DNA of 63,217 nt, the filler included, from Octopus bimaculoides (taxonomy: Eukaryota): NCBI RefSeq assembly GCF_001194135.2. It is 6 parts of 6 records of this genome, joined end to end, with 100 filler letters (N's around TTAATTAATTAA, not from the genome) between each part and the next. Parts side by side here need not be neighbours in the genome. Positions count along the whole stretch, not along the records: positions 1 to 30,873 come from NC_068986.1; 5 more parts are not named here. One strand, 5' to 3'. Below are positions 12,851 to 26,755 of the stretch, one piece after another. The notes under the pieces are model-generated. The model did no database searches, was not told the origin of the DNA, and saw nothing but the letters and a program-made list of their open reading frames with translations. Numbering within the stretch: the first letter of the stretch is position 1; each line of letters starts with the position of its first letter. A program made the translations under genes and the position numbers.

Positions 12851-13269
12851 GGTAGTAAATATGACATACCCCTCTTAACATCAACGGGTAGGTTTCATGT
12901 TTATTTTATCTGTGTATATAAACATATATACCCACATATACACACTAAACACCAGAGCTACTCCGTTCCTTCATTTTCCATATCTCTCAAAATTTTCTCT
13001 CGGTAGATCTTGAAAATGTAATTTTATTGATCTTCTTTTTAAATCTTGCGCATTCTTAGGGGAAGGTTTTGTCTACAAATGATTAGGATAATCTCAACTG
13101 AATACATATTTTTCAGCTCATAATATTACATTTTTGAGATCCTATAATATTTGTAGAGAGAATGGGAAGCGCTTCTCTTGAGTATTTCCTCCTCCACACC
13201 CATATTATTGATATTTATAATTCGCGCCATGAGATTCCTATATGCATGTGTGTGTGTGTATATACATAT

Positions 13270-14870
13270 TTTGTTGGTATCCTTTTTGTCACGGGAGACA
13301 ATGGAGTTGCGCATAAAATAATCCAGTCCGGCTTTTACATTTCATGTCCTTTACATCTCCTGTTGTGGCTGTGTAGTCCTATCAAGGACAAACACTCCCC
13401 CTGGCAGGTGCCGCAAATGCAGCGAAGACTTTGCCTGGCTGGTTGTAATGTCATAGTTTCTTGTCTTTCTATTTCTCCTCTCTCTCTCCCTCTGTCACTC
13501 CTTTATGTTCCCTCTTCTATGGTGCGTTGCCAATCTTTACTGTTGCTGGCAACCGCTTCCCAGTTGCTAATATTGATGTCGCAGGCCTTCATGTCCCTTT
13601 TGCAAACATCTTTGTATCGTAAGAACGGTCTTCCTACAGATCTAGTTCCCCTAACAAGCTCTCCGTAGAGTATGTCCTTGGGGTTTCTGCCATCTTCCAT
13701 GCGACTAACATGTCCAAGCCATCTCATACGTCTTTGTGTGAGGAGTGCAAACATGCTTGGTATTCCAGCTTGCTTGAAGACATCTTTGTTAGGGAGACGA
13801 TTCTGCCATTTGATGCCAAGGATTTTCCGGAGGCAACGCAGGTGAAAGATATTTAGGCGACGCTCTTGGCGTGTGTCCAGGTCTCACTGCCATACAGTAG
13901 AGTGCTAAGTACACATGCCTGATAAATCTTCATTTTTGTAGTCTTGGTCAGATTATTGTTGTCCCATGCCCGTTTGGAGAGTTGGGCCATCACAGCAGCT
14001 GCCTTGCCAATGCGTATATTGAGCTCGGCATCAAAGGATAGGTTGTAGGTGATGGTAGAGCCAAGATAGGTAAACTTCTCCACCTCCTGTAGTCTCTGGC
14101 CTCCAATATGTATGTTTGGGATGTCCGATGTAGCCTGACCGATGATGTTGGTCTTCTTGCGGCTGATAACTAAGCCAAAGTCGCTACATGCTTGCTCAAA
14201 GCAGTTGATGAGCATTTGCAGGGCTTCTTCTGAATGTGATACCAGAGCAGCAGCATCAGCAAAGAGCATCTTCTTGTTCAGGACGCTTCTGATTTTGGTC
14301 TTGGTACGCAGACGCGAGAGATTGAACAGTTTAAGAAAGGATCTTCGTGTAATGACGATGTCCAACTGATGCCAGTGGTGAGATCTTGGATGTCTCCAAG
14401 ATGCCTTGTGGGATGGCTTGTTGGCAAAGAATGTGTTGGTTATGCACAGGTTATGGTATGTGCAAAATCCAAGCAGTCTCTGACTATTGTCGTTCATGTT
14501 GCCAATACCAAAATGTCCGACACAAATGGGCCACGAGTCATGGTCAGATCCCACGCGAGCGTTAAAATCTCCTAGAAGGTAGATGTTTTCGTTGGTTGGT
14601 ATGTCTCTAATGACAGTTGAGATCTTTGTAGAACTGGCACTTGGTCTCTTCTGAGCTGTAGGGAGTGGGAGCATAGATGCTCATTAAATGTACTGAGCCA
14701 GAAGGGCTCAAGAAGTGCAGAGAGAGGATATGCTCAGTGCCTCCTGATGGTGGTTCTATTGAGGAGAGTAATGAGTTTCTCACTGCAAAGCCAACAACAT
14801 GCTGACGAGGTTCCTCTGGATCTCTTCCCTACCAAAAGAAGGTGAAATCCTGTTCTTTGAGTTTACCGTT
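13270..14870 (-). mobile_element. RTE-clade LINE, 5'-truncated and internally deleted (APE endonuclease part fused to RT C-half, C-terminal CCHC-like motif, 3' tail)
   Basis: EN motifs SIYAPT, YLLGDFNARVG, HWHQLD; RT LFADAAALV, FTYLGS; RRMRWLGHVSRMEDGR..K.ILYGEL; CICGTCQGECLSLIGLHSHNRRC; several frameshifts and stops. Confidence 0.95.
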
Positions 14871-14990
14871 TGGGGGGCTGGTACGGGACCGCCAGCGATG
14901 GAAACTACTGGTGGACCTGGTCGGCTCTACACATGATGATGCCTCTGGGACCACTAATCTGGGATGATCCCAGCCTCATCAAACAAGAGC
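14871..14990 (+). mobile_element. short 3'-end fragment of a second RTE-type LINE, opposite orientation
   Basis: DRQRWKLLV resembles the RTE terminal DRxxWRxLV motif; small hairpin ctgggat-g-atcccag follows. Confidence 0.45.
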
Positions 14991-15838
14991 ATGAACCGAA
15001 GCGATATATACCTACATACATTCACACACACGCACACACACATACACACATTCATATGTATGTATGTTTGTATTTGTATGTATGTATGTATACATAATTA
15101 TTTCTAAGTCTTGCCGACAAGAAAAGGCTTCACTGTAGAGGCGCTATTTCTGTCTACCAATTTTTGAACGACCAATTTATAAATGTACATTTCTTCTTGA
15201 AGGTGAACTTGTTTATGGTATTGAATATCTAAGTGGTAACCTCGAAAATGTGGCTTTTAGTAACACGTACTTAGCCAAGTCAAGCTATAATCGGAACAAT
15301 GGAAGCATGCAAAACTTCGCTAAAAGTTCAGTAACTTTTCACCCTTGTTATCTTAGTTCTAGCGATTGAGCTTTGTGTCTTAGTTAGAAATCAGTCCCTT
15401 CTTTAGAGAAAGAATTCAAAGAATTAAAAAGGAAGATAACACATATAGATACTTACAGTTATATACATAACTTCACACATATATATTCCTTTATACATTT
15501 ACAAATAAACATGCACGTAACCAATATAAATAGACAAACAGCAACATATATGCAGGTCTGTGTGTGTGTGTATTTGTCTTAGATAAATGGAGTTTTATTT
15601 GCGTGCGTGGCGTATGTCTGCCTATCTTTGTATGTACGTAAAGGCTGCGTATATGTCTGTATTGTGCGACCATTTCTTGATTAGGAAGATTTTTAGAATA
15701 TTTCCAAAAATACATTTCACCGACTTTATTCGAAGCAATCTGCTGTTCTGGGTTTTATACACACTGACTTTCTGGTTTTATTTTATACATACTGCTGTTA
15801 TCACCGATCTCGATATTGTAGGCCAAATTTGCTTTAAT

Positions 15839-15874
<36 letters not shown>

Positions 15875-16084
15875 ACACATATATACACACACATTAATTC
15901 ACATGACTATATATAGGTGTATCTATGTATATGTATGTATATAGGTATGTATATAGAGAAAAGATAGACAAAACATCATGGATGGCAAGAATTCATTTAT
16001 GTAAGATATTATACTCATTATGTATGTGTATGTATGTATGTATGCGTGTGTGTGTGTCTGTATGCATGTATATAGGTGTAGAAT

Positions 16085-16225
16085 GGCTGTATGAGTAAGT
16101 TCGTTCAGTAATCTCAAGTACTTCAGTTCGATCCCACCGTGTGTCACTTTGGACAAATGTCATTTTCTACAGCTTCGCATTCACCTAAAATTTGTAAGAG
16201 GACGGAAACTGTATAGAAGCCTGTT
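16085..16225 (+). mobile_element. SINE family D 5' half, diverged
   Basis: ggctgtatgagtaag...ttcgatcccaccgtgtgtcactttggacaa...gacggaaactg. Confidence 0.7.
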
Positions 16226-16974
16226 CGGTGGATTATACCAGTAATTATAAAGTGCACCCCTGAGACACACTATAGCACGCTAACTCTGCCTCAGAATTAT
16301 GCTAAGTCGAAGCATGTCTGGGGAATATTCGGCCACATACAGAATGCTTCAATGAGTAGGAAATCTAAGAACTGAATAGTCATCGCCGAAATCAACAGAT
16401 ATCCATCGATCCATCCATCCATCCATCCATCCATCCATCCATCCACGTACGTATATATAAGCAGTGAATGCATTTGACGTCCGCAAGTCCACAAATAAAC
16501 ACTAACAGAATTTTATATACACAATTATTCACACTAACGCAATTTACCCCCCCCTTCCACCTCAAGGTTTTATAAAATATTCTATCCGCCATTACTACTC
16601 TAACCCTATCTCTTTCTATCTCTCTCGCTCTCTCCTTCTTTCTCTCCTTATCTCTCTTTTTCTCTTTATCTCTTTTTGTTTTTATCTCTTTTTCCTTTCT
16701 CTCTCTCTTCTCTCTCTCTCTTCCCCCACCACCTTTACCTTTTCTCAACTATTTTATCAAGACCTCATAGCGATAGAACCATTTTAATTACTAGGCCTCT
16801 CGTAGGCGATGTCTTGGGGAGTGTTTCGGACCATTTCCAGGAAATTCGTTTTCTTGATAAAGCTCACTGACGATAACACCAGCAGCAACAACAACAACAA
16901 CAATAGTCTTAAAAAGGAAAGAAAATGCACCAAAACATACAGATTCCTATTACCATTTCTTTAATGATAATAAT

Positions 16975-17190
16975 AATTGTTTCTGGTTTCGAGAAAATGG
17001 CGAGCGGTTTTGAGGAGAAGGGTTAAGTCGGAACTATCGAATCCAGTACTTGGCCAGTCCTCTATCTTGCCGACCCTGTGAAGGATGAAAGGCAAAGTTA
17101 ACCCCTGCGGAAATTGAATTCAAATAGTTGGTAGTGCAAAAAATTATCGGAAGTTGTTTTTCTTGGAAACTCTAACGATTTTGTCAGCTG
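16975..17190 (-). mobile_element. SINE family B2, diverged
   Basis: aaggatgaaaggcaaagtt...ggaaattgaattca core in reverse. Confidence 0.65.
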
Positions 17191-18685
17191 ACCATTGTTA
17201 TGAGAGTGAGAATAAGAGAGAGTAAAAAGGAATTAGAAAACTGTTGAGGTTTATATCGTTGATGGAAAATTGCTAAGGTTTTATGTATGTATATATTCAG
17301 ATTGCAAAAAATCTAAATTTAAATCTATCTATCCATCCATCTATCCATCCATCCATCTAGCTAGCTAGCTAGCTATATATATANNNNNNNNNNNNNNNNN
17401 NNNNNNNNNNNNNNNNNNNNNNNNNNNNNNNNNNNNNNNNNNNNNNNNNNNNNNNNNNNNNNNNNNNNNNNNNNNNNNNNNNNNNNNNNNNNNNNNNNNN
17501 NNNNNNNNNNNNNNNNNNNNNNNNNNNNNNNNNNNNNNNNNNNNNNNNNNNNNNNNNNNNNNNNNNNNNNNNNNNNNNNNNNNNNNNNNNNNNNNNNNNN
17601 NNNNNNNNNNNNNNNNNNNNNNNNNNNNNNNNNNNNNNNNNNNNNNNNNNNNNNNNNNNNNNNNNNNNNNNNNNNNNNNNNNNNNNNNNNNNNNNNNNNN
17701 NNNNNNNNNNNNNNNNNNNNNNNNNNNNNNNNNNNNNNNNNNNNNNNNNNNNNNNNNNNNNNNNNNNNNNNNNNNNNNNNNNNNNNNNNNNNNNNNNNNN
17801 NNNNNNNNNNNNNNNNNNNNNNNNNNNNNNNNNNNNNNNNNNNNNNNNNNNNNNNNNNNNNNNNNNNNNNNNNNNNNNNNNNNNNNNNNNNNNNNNNNNN
17901 NNNNNNNNNNNNNNNNNNNNNNNNNNNNNNNNNNNNNNNNNNNNNNNNNNNNNNNNNNNNNNNNNNNNNNNNNNNNNNNNNNNNNNNNNNNNNNNNNNNN
18001 NNNNNNNNNNNNNNNNNNNNNNNNNNNNNNNNNNNNNNNNNNNNNNNNNNNATATATATATATATAATGCAATACAATAAATGGGACAAGAACGCAAAAC
18101 ATCCAGACAGTTAGATGATACAAAAAAGGGGCAAGAAAAAGCGAGGACGGGTCATTCGGATTTTCTTTCAAACGCACGTAGCAAAGATATCAACAGACGC
18201 AAATGTGCTTAGTATCATGCGCATAAACTTATATGCATACAGTCACAATCATAATACATATACATATACACACACGCGTGCATTATAGCCACACACATAT
18301 ACACACCACTGCAAACATGCAGAAATAATTATGTATTTTTATAGATATATGCGGGGTTATACGCACTCACATACTCACACACATATACGTGATTTTTTTT
18401 TACATATTCAGATGTAGAAAAAGAATTTATTAATGATCACACGTTACACAGACCCATTTATATACAGACAACGCGTCCTTTATGTGAACAGAAGGTATGT
18501 ATGTCCATACATGTTCATACATACATATGGGGTCTGTGAATACAAACGAAATGCGCAGAATGCAAGATAATGGCGTATACATGTGTGTGTGTGAGTGTGT
18601 GTATTTGTGCGAGTGTATGTACGTCTATATACACATGTGTATTTATATATATATACACACATATATATGTATATATGTATGTATA

Positions 18686-18718
<33 letters not shown>

Positions 18719-18783
18719 GTATGTATACATGTATATATATGTGTCTATGTGTGTGTGTCTGTGTGCATGCATAATTATATATA

Positions 18784-18815
<32 letters not shown>

Positions 18816-19842
18816 CATTCATGTATGTAAATATGTACGTATTTAAATATGAGTACGTACGCGCGCGCGCGTGTGTTAGACACACATGGTGAGTAATAAA
18901 TAGGAATGTATACACATATGCTTAAGTGCATATACATAACAGCATTTTGTGTGTCACATATAGCATTGTCTACACCCACACACATACACTCAAATACACA
19001 CACACACACACACTAATGAATAGTTGATGACTCTTTTGAGTTCACTCACCATTCACAAATCTTGTTTTTCATCCTCCAGGGAGTCGAAAAGTCATCCACC
19101 TCACCAAATATGCTTGATCGCGCTATAAGTACATCTCCCTATTCCGGACTATGCACAGCCTGTATTGGTTTACATAATTACCAGATCTCTGTAGAAATTG
19201 TTCCTTTATATCCGAATTTTAGAATTCTCAAACATTTTTAACAGTTTGCCTCTTATTTCACAAACACATTCATGAGAGAAAATATTGTTTTCCCAGCTCT
19301 GCATGCTTACAAGTTTTTGCTAATGCACATGCACACACATAAGTAAAGCCTCCTACCTTTCTCTGGTCATCCGACAGCCCTTCTTTAACATAGGTTTCAC
19401 CCATAAAAAAGACCACACATGCAGAAAGAATGACGGATTCAAACACACGCTTCCAGCCACACACACTACACAATTACACACACACAACGTCGCTCCACAG
19501 CGAAGCTAACTAACTCCATCACATTGCCACATTTTCACACATCTATATACAGAAATACATCACCCCAACACTCGCGCTTACGCCACTCGCCCTTGCGCCC
19601 ATATCCGGGCAGAGAAATTCTTTGACACTTTGGTCTACACACCGAGTCCTTTCTCTGCCCCCATCCCACCCGATTTCACCATATGATGCATTCTTCACAA
19701 ATTTCTTACACCTTTTTCCTGCTTCACTTCTCTTTTATCTGTAAAGGCAAAAAATAATGTTTTATTCTTGCAAAATTTTCTGTTTGTTACACACACGCCA
19801 TTTCACTCTCACTAATTCTTCTCTATCTTTGACTCTCATTTT

Positions 19843-19870
19843 TTGATGAAGATCTAGCATCCGAAACGTT
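19843..19870 (+). ncRNA. degenerate minimal hammerhead ribozyme motif
   Basis: (t)tgatga-agat ctagc atcc-gaaac gt t; C3 mutated and stem I not recognisable. Confidence 0.35.
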
Positions 19871-20415
19871 GCTTCACACATCACTTTCATTTCAAATTCA
19901 CTCGCATTAAACCAATACCACTTTTGTCAACACCGTTCTTTCTGTGTTTTCTTTTATGTTTATTGAAATTACGCTATGTATGTATACATTAAACACACAC
20001 ACACACACACACATACACACACACACACACAAGACACATATACTACCATGTGAACTTTCATATATATCTATATATATGTTTGTATATGTATGTATACATA
20101 TATATGTGTGTGCATGTGTGTGTGTCTGTGTGTGTGTGTATAGTTTCAGCTCGAGAACCCTGGCCATGCTGGGGCACTGCCAATTGCTGTTACTACACCT
20201 TTATTAAATGTTTAATATTTGGTATTTGGTGAATGATATAATTTGGCGCTGCTGCCCTTATTTGCGTTTCCTGCTGGGAAATTGTTTCACCTGAGACTCT
20301 TGACATTCGGAGATTCAGTTTCGTTCTGAAAACATCTTCATCCATACAGCCATCCCATGTACGTTTCCCAGGTCTTTCCGGAGGATATACAAACACACAC
20401 GTATACATACATACA

Positions 20416-20446
<31 letters not shown>

Positions 20447-20843
20447 TTGTTTATATCGTGCAAATTACTTTGGTCATATATGTGTTCTGCTCTTTATAAA
20501 TATCACATCTGCCAGTTAAAAAGTAGCGCAAATGTTATGCTTTGACGAGTGTTGAGGCAGAAACATCTGCTCACAACTGGCCTCTTTTCTCTCGACAATC
20601 AGGTTAGATTTGGAGAATTGCTGACTCTTGAGATTCTCTCCTCATCAGGAATCGACCCCTATTACAACGAACTGATTACTCTATCTTCTCTCGAAGAAGA
20701 CCTAATTTCATTAAATCAATTATTCATATTTTATTGTATATGATATATCTTCATTTATCTTTGTTGCTGAAATACATGGCCTTGTCCACACTGAGTGAGC
20801 GTGTTTCAACGTATGTGTCTGTCTGTCTATCATCTATCCATCA

Positions 20844-20907
<64 letters not shown>

Positions 20908-21249
20908 CGAGCCCGCTTATCAGTCGAGTCTATCGTGAATATTCCTTTAAACAGTTTTCGTAACACTGATAGCTATGGCGAAAGAATGCGTGTGGTGGAC
21001 GCGTTTGAAAAGTTTACAAACAAGCACTTTCCTCTCTGGTCAGTCTCTCGTCAACTTTTTCAAGTACCACTTGAAAAGGAGGATAAGAATAGAGAGGAAA
21101 GTGTTATCGAATGAATGTTTCAATAAAAAATGGGTAAACGTGGCAAGAATGGTATGTACGAAAGACGACACCAGTTTAAGCATAAACATGTAAGAAAAAG
21201 AGACAAAAAGAGAAAAGGTGCTTACTTTCATGTACCTTAAAAAAAAAAA

Positions 21250-21502
21250 GCCTGAGATGACCGTGGTCTTTTCCGTAGGCTTTTCTCTCTACGGATAAAC
21301 CTAATCTGTTCCCCCCTTTTACATTGACTGTGATACACGATCCCTATTGATCGGTTTCCCCCATGTTTTTTTTTTCACGGTCCCTTTTGATCGAAATTCT
21401 ACCCCTCCCTTCCTTTTTTTTTCTTTGTCCCACAAAAGAAAAGCTCTACATTGTATTTTGTCCACTTTCTGTATTTAGCCCTGTGTGGCCATAATAAAAA
21501 GA
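21250..21502 (+). mobile_element. LINE/SINE 3'-end fragment whose tail resembles the SINE B1 tail
   Basis: tttgtccactttctgtatttagccctgtgtggccataataaa vs B1 tttgtccactctatgtttagccccttgtgggcaataaag. Confidence 0.45.
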
Positions 21503-21552
<50 letters not shown>

Positions 21553-21780
21553 GGGCGGGTAAATTCCCGAGATCCATGGACGAGCTCTCTCCAGCGGTCT
21601 TTATCCCTCATCATCGCTGCCATGTCCTGAGTCTCCCAGAGACCAGTGTCTGTCCTTAGGGCATCAACATGTCGTCCTCGGTCTCTCTCTTCTAGTGTGT
21701 CCGTGTAGGAGCGCCCACAAGAGCACTGAGTGCAGTATCAACTCTGAATGCCGGTGCGCATGTCCAGCTAACCCCATGAA
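21553..21780 (-). mobile_element. RTE/RTE-X LINE 3'-terminal coding remnant
   Basis: LAGHAHRHSELILHSVLLW..HGHTRRERPRTT / DALRTDTG / MMRDKDRWRELVHGSR, typical RTE C-terminus, frameshifted. Confidence 0.75.
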
Positions 21781-21895
21781 TGTGTATATTTACATATACC
21801 ACATCAATTACTAAAATATTCTAGTTTTATATTTTAAATTTCACACTAATTGAAAAAATACCGGTTTCTAAACCGTAAACAAGTGTTTTCATTGG

Positions 21896-21900
<5 letters not shown>

Positions 21901-21973
<73 letters not shown>

Positions 21974-22068
21974 NNNNNNNNNNNNNNNNNNNNNNNNNNN
22001 NNNNNNNNNNNNNNNNNNNNNNNNNNNNNNNNNNNNNNNNNNNNNNNNNNNNNNNNNNNNNNNNNNNN

Positions 22069-22130
<62 letters not shown>
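21901..22130. repeat. (CA)n microsatellite with internal gap
   Basis: Direct reading. Confidence 0.97.
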
Positions 22131-22136
<6 letters not shown>

Positions 22137-22489
22137 TACACACACGCAAACAACACACCTGAGTATGTTTAATTACACGTGACTGACCTTCAGGAATGTT
22201 TTGCATAATTTTATTGTTCCATTAATGGCTTTTAAATGTAATTTCTTAATTGCCCGTATCCTTCTGGTTATATGGATCCCATTTTTCTCAACATTAGTAC
22301 TAAGGCAGTTAGTTACATAACCAAGTGGTCCTGTAATCGCTGGCATCTATATGTGTGTGTGTGTGTGTGTGGATGCTTATCTAGCCTTGTATTATGCCTA
22401 TCTGCCTATGTATATACGCATGAAGGTTTCTGTATATATACCGTACGTAGAGATAAAACCAGAAGTTCCATTCATTGATTTTACACACA

Positions 22490-22556
<67 letters not shown>

Positions 22557-23318
22557 NNNNNNNNNNNNNNNNNNNNNNNNNNNNNNNNNNNNNNNNNNNN
22601 NNNNNNNNNNNNNNNNNNNNNNNNNNNNNNNNNNNNNNNNNNNNNNNNNNNNNNNNNNNNNNNNNNNNNNNNNNNNNNNNNNNNNNNNNNNNNNNNNNNN
22701 NNNNNNNNNNNNNNNNNNNNNNNNNNNNNNNNNNNNNNNNNNNNNNNNNNNNNNNNNNNNNNNNNNNNNNNNNNNNNNNNNNNNNNNNNNNNNNNNNNNN
22801 NNNNNNNNNNNNNNNNNNNNNNNNNNNNNNNNNNNNNNNNNNNNNNNNNNNNNNNNNNNNNNNNNNNNNNNNNNNNNNNNNNNNNNNNNNNNNNNNNNNN
22901 NNNNNNNNNNNNNNNNNNNNNNNNNNNNNNNNNNNNNNNNNNNNNNNNNNNNNNNNNNNNNNNNNNNNNNNNNNNNNNNNNNNNNNNNNNNNNNNNNNNN
23001 NNNNNNNNNNNNNNNNNNNNNNNNNNNNNNNNNNNNNNNNNNNNNNNNNNNNNNNNNNNNNNNNNNNNNNNNNNNNNNNNNNNNNNNNNNNNNNNNNNNN
23101 NNNNNNNTAGTAATGTTATTTGTTTTAGGGGAGACCTTTCCACACCACATCCACTCCGTTGCTCATTTGATTACATTGTATCGCAGTTGGCCGATATTTT
23201 AAATTTTCTTCCAAACCAAAAATGAAAAATCTGAACTGTGATCTTCCAGGGAAGGAATTTTCGAGAACTTGATGGACTCTCCGGTGTAATATAAATATGG
23301 ATGTGTTTGTCTATCTAT

Positions 23319-23385
<67 letters not shown>

Positions 23386-23756
23386 AACAACACACCCTGA
23401 TAAGCTCCGAGACTACTATAAAATTCAGGCTACGACTGATAGATAGGTTGTTCTTGAAGCAGAGGATTTTAAAGTTACGGAGACAATATTTACATATCGC
23501 CTGAGGATGCACAACTAGATCTCATACTGCAGGGAAACAGTTGCATAATCAAGTACCTGCACACCTGGAGAACTACGTTGCGTGGAAACAATTGTAGTGA
23601 TTAAAAAATAAATGTCTAACTGTATCCCTTCTTGGTGACTCCAATTTTTTAGTTATCTATTCACACACCACAAATGCTCGAACGCAAACCGGAAGTACGT
23701 ACAATATTATCGCTGAATAGCACCGGGTGAAATTTGAAGGTGAACAAGTTTCATAC

Positions 23757-24806
23757 CAGTGGTTCCCAACCTGTTTCACCTTCGACCCCACTTTTTATGA
23801 TCAAAACATTCCAGGCCCACTGACCTCTAAACCAGTTATCCGACCCTCTTNNNNNNNNNNNNNNNNNNNNNNNNNNNNNNNNNNNNNNNNNNNNNNNNNN
23901 NNNNNNNNNNNNNNNNNNNNNNNNNNNNNNNNNNNNNNNNNNNNNNNNNNNNNNNNNNNNNNNNNNNNNNNNNNNNNNNNNNNNNNNNNNNNNNNNNNNN
24001 NNNNNNNNNNNNNNNNNNNNNNNNNNNNNNNNNNNNNNNNNNNNNNNNNNNNNNNNNNNNNNNNNNNNNNNNNNNNNNNNNNNNNNNNNNNNNNNNNNNN
24101 NNNNNNNNNNNNNNNNNNNNNNNNNNNNNNNNNNNNNNNNNNNNNNNNNNNNNNNNNNNNNNNNNNNNNNNNNNNNNNNNNNNNNNNNNNNNNNNNNNNN
24201 NNNNNNNNNNNNNNNNNNNNNNNNNNNNNNNNNNNNNNNNNNNNNNNNNNNNNNNNNNNNNNNNNNNNNNNNNNNNNNNNNNNNNNNNNNNNNNNNNNNN
24301 NNNNNNNNNNCAGCCTCAACTAACCAGGATGTTGGAAAGCAGAGAACGAACCGGATTGCTTCATGGAAAAGTGTTGGAAATGCTGTCTTTACACGCAGCC
24401 AACCCCGAAGACCTTCTCTCACCAACTTCGTTATTAAGCTTACATTCTCTTTAAAACCAAAAAGATCAGCTGCAAGTTTGGAATTAAGATCTTGATTGCT
24501 AATAGCATCATCATTTTTGACAAAACTTATGCGTTGTTACATTGCTTCTTACCTTTCGGAATTTGTTCGTAGATTTGCTACGATTCGGAAATTTATTTGT
24601 TACATTTGTAAAGTTTCGAGATAAACATTTGTTACTTTTTGGAAAAATCTTTCGGCAATGCTGGTCAAGACTACAAACTGAATACAAAAAACACTTTGTT
24701 TCCAATCCAGAAAATTTCCAAGGCCCTCTCAGAATTTTCTCAGGCACTCTCAGAATTTTCCCAAGCTCACTCAGAATTTTCCTAGGCCCAACGTTGAGAA
24801 CCACTG
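23757..24806 (-). mobile_element. internally deleted hAT (Charlie/Buster-type) DNA transposon with TIRs and transposase dimerisation-domain remnant
   Basis: TIRs cagtggttcccaac / gttgagaaccactg; degenerate 8-bp TSD tttcatac / ctttatac; 24311-24510 minus encodes WLRVKTAFPTLFHEAIRFVLCFPTSWLVEA; 21-bp subterminal repeats at about 24725-24790. Confidence 0.88.
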
Positions 24807-25549
24807 CTTTATACTATACTCTATTACGTTCTTAGAATATACCATAACTAAATATATATGGAGAGAGAGAAAGAGAGAGGAAGAAAGAGACGGGGGAGAA
24901 AGAGGGTGTCATAGATATAGTTTACGAGAATGATTAGAAAGCCAATAGTATTTCAGGTATTCCATTAAAGTTATCGATTATGATATCAATCTTCATTAAT
25001 CAAAATCACCAGGTGGTATGTCGAATAATATGGGATCCGAGGTATACAAGGCTCCGCTCTGTCAGCCCACATCAGATTGATTACGAATGTCTCGGCCTTC
25101 CCTCCAAGTCCGTCAGACAAGTTGGCTGCACTTCCTGGAAATTTTTATGCATTTTCTTTCGGATAAATCCATTATAAGTATCACTGCCCATTCCATATAA
25201 ATCCCCTGTTTTATTAAAGAGAACAACATGCACTTAATCGGAGTTTCAAGTCTTCCCTGGCTGTTTACAGGAACGCCCGCTGAAGATCATTTTAAATTTC
25301 CTGAATTTAAAACTTTTATTTACGTTGTTCGTGCACTTCGGCACACCATCTAATGATGTAAGCGATAATAGATGTAATATGTGCTAGTTATGACTATTGA
25401 TTATTAAATTATCGACGACTGAAACGATCGTAATGGAATACCGGAAATATCAATAAAATTCTATTGAATTTAGAAATCGAAATGTATTTAACAAACATTG
25501 ACTTTATAACCATTCTACGTATGTATTCTGTTTTTGGACACCTTGCACG

Positions 25550-25599
<50 letters not shown>

Positions 25600-25765
25600 T
25601 GTGTACATTTGTGCGTCGGGTTGTGTGTACATACACAACACACACAAACATACATACATACATACATACATACACCCCAGAACAATTGATGCAAAGGGTC
25701 TAAGAATAGCTTTCAGTGACGTCTTTGGTGCAACTAATCATTTCTATTGCGTCTATCATTCCGCA

Positions 25766-25886
25766 ATAACAACAACAGCAACAACAACAACAGCAACAAC
25801 AACAACAGCAACAACAACAACAGCAACAACAACAACAGCAACAACAACAACAGCAACAACAACAACAGCAACAACAACAGCATCAG
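25766..25886. repeat. 12-bp-period compound repeat (CAACAACAACAG)n
   Basis: Direct reading. Confidence 0.95.
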
Positions 25887-26225
25887 CATAAGCCTACGCT
25901 TTATTAAAAGTATTGGTCATGTTATCAATTGTGTTTGACCGTTCAAGCTGGCTGTTTGGTGAGATGGGTAGATTTTACTCTGTCTTGGTACATGCCCACA
26001 CACTAATGAATATCATTATCTGCGTGTGTGCATATCTGCACTCATATATGCATATATACATGCATACATACATATATATATATATATATAAATAATGCAT
26101 ATAATGTATATATGTTTGTATATTATATATTGATAATTATATACATATACTTACATCGATATAACGATATCTTGTGTCGTCAACTAATGCCGTAAACAAC
26201 AAATTCTCACACACGGATACTCTCT

Positions 26226-26269
<44 letters not shown>

Positions 26270-26413
26270 TACATACTCACAACATACTCAGGCATACACA
26301 GCCACAGACACACACATATGCACTCGATCACATACAAGCAGTAACTCACAATCAATTTCGTAATGTTTACATTTGTGCACATAAAATAAACTAGCAAATC
26401 TGCGTATGTTTGC

Positions 26414-26447
<34 letters not shown>

Positions 26448-26755
26448 NNNNNNNNNNNNNNNNNNNNNNNNNNNNNNNNNNNNNNNNNNNNNNNNNNNNN
26501 NNNNNNNNNNNNNNNNNNNNNNNNNNNNNNNNNNNNNNNNNNNNNNNNNNNNNNNNNNNNNNNNNNNNNNNNNNNNNNNNNNNNNNNNNNNNNNNNNNNN
26601 NNNNNNNNNNNNNNNNNNNNNNNNNNNNNNNNNNNNNNNNNNNNNNNNNNNNNNNNNNNNNNNNNNNNNNNNNNNNNNNNNNNNNNNNNNNNNNNNNNNN
26701 NNNNNNNNNNNNNNATCCATGTTATTTTTCCCTAAGAGCAGAAAAATGATCAACT

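Noticed and set aside
15203-15330. Plus-strand exon candidate GELVYGIEYLSGNLENVAFS...
   Set aside because: Plausible AG/GT but no recognisable protein, and phase does not chain with neighbouring candidates
20600-20660. Minus-strand ctgatgaggagagaatctc hammerhead-like string
   Set aside because: GAAA segment absent and no stem I
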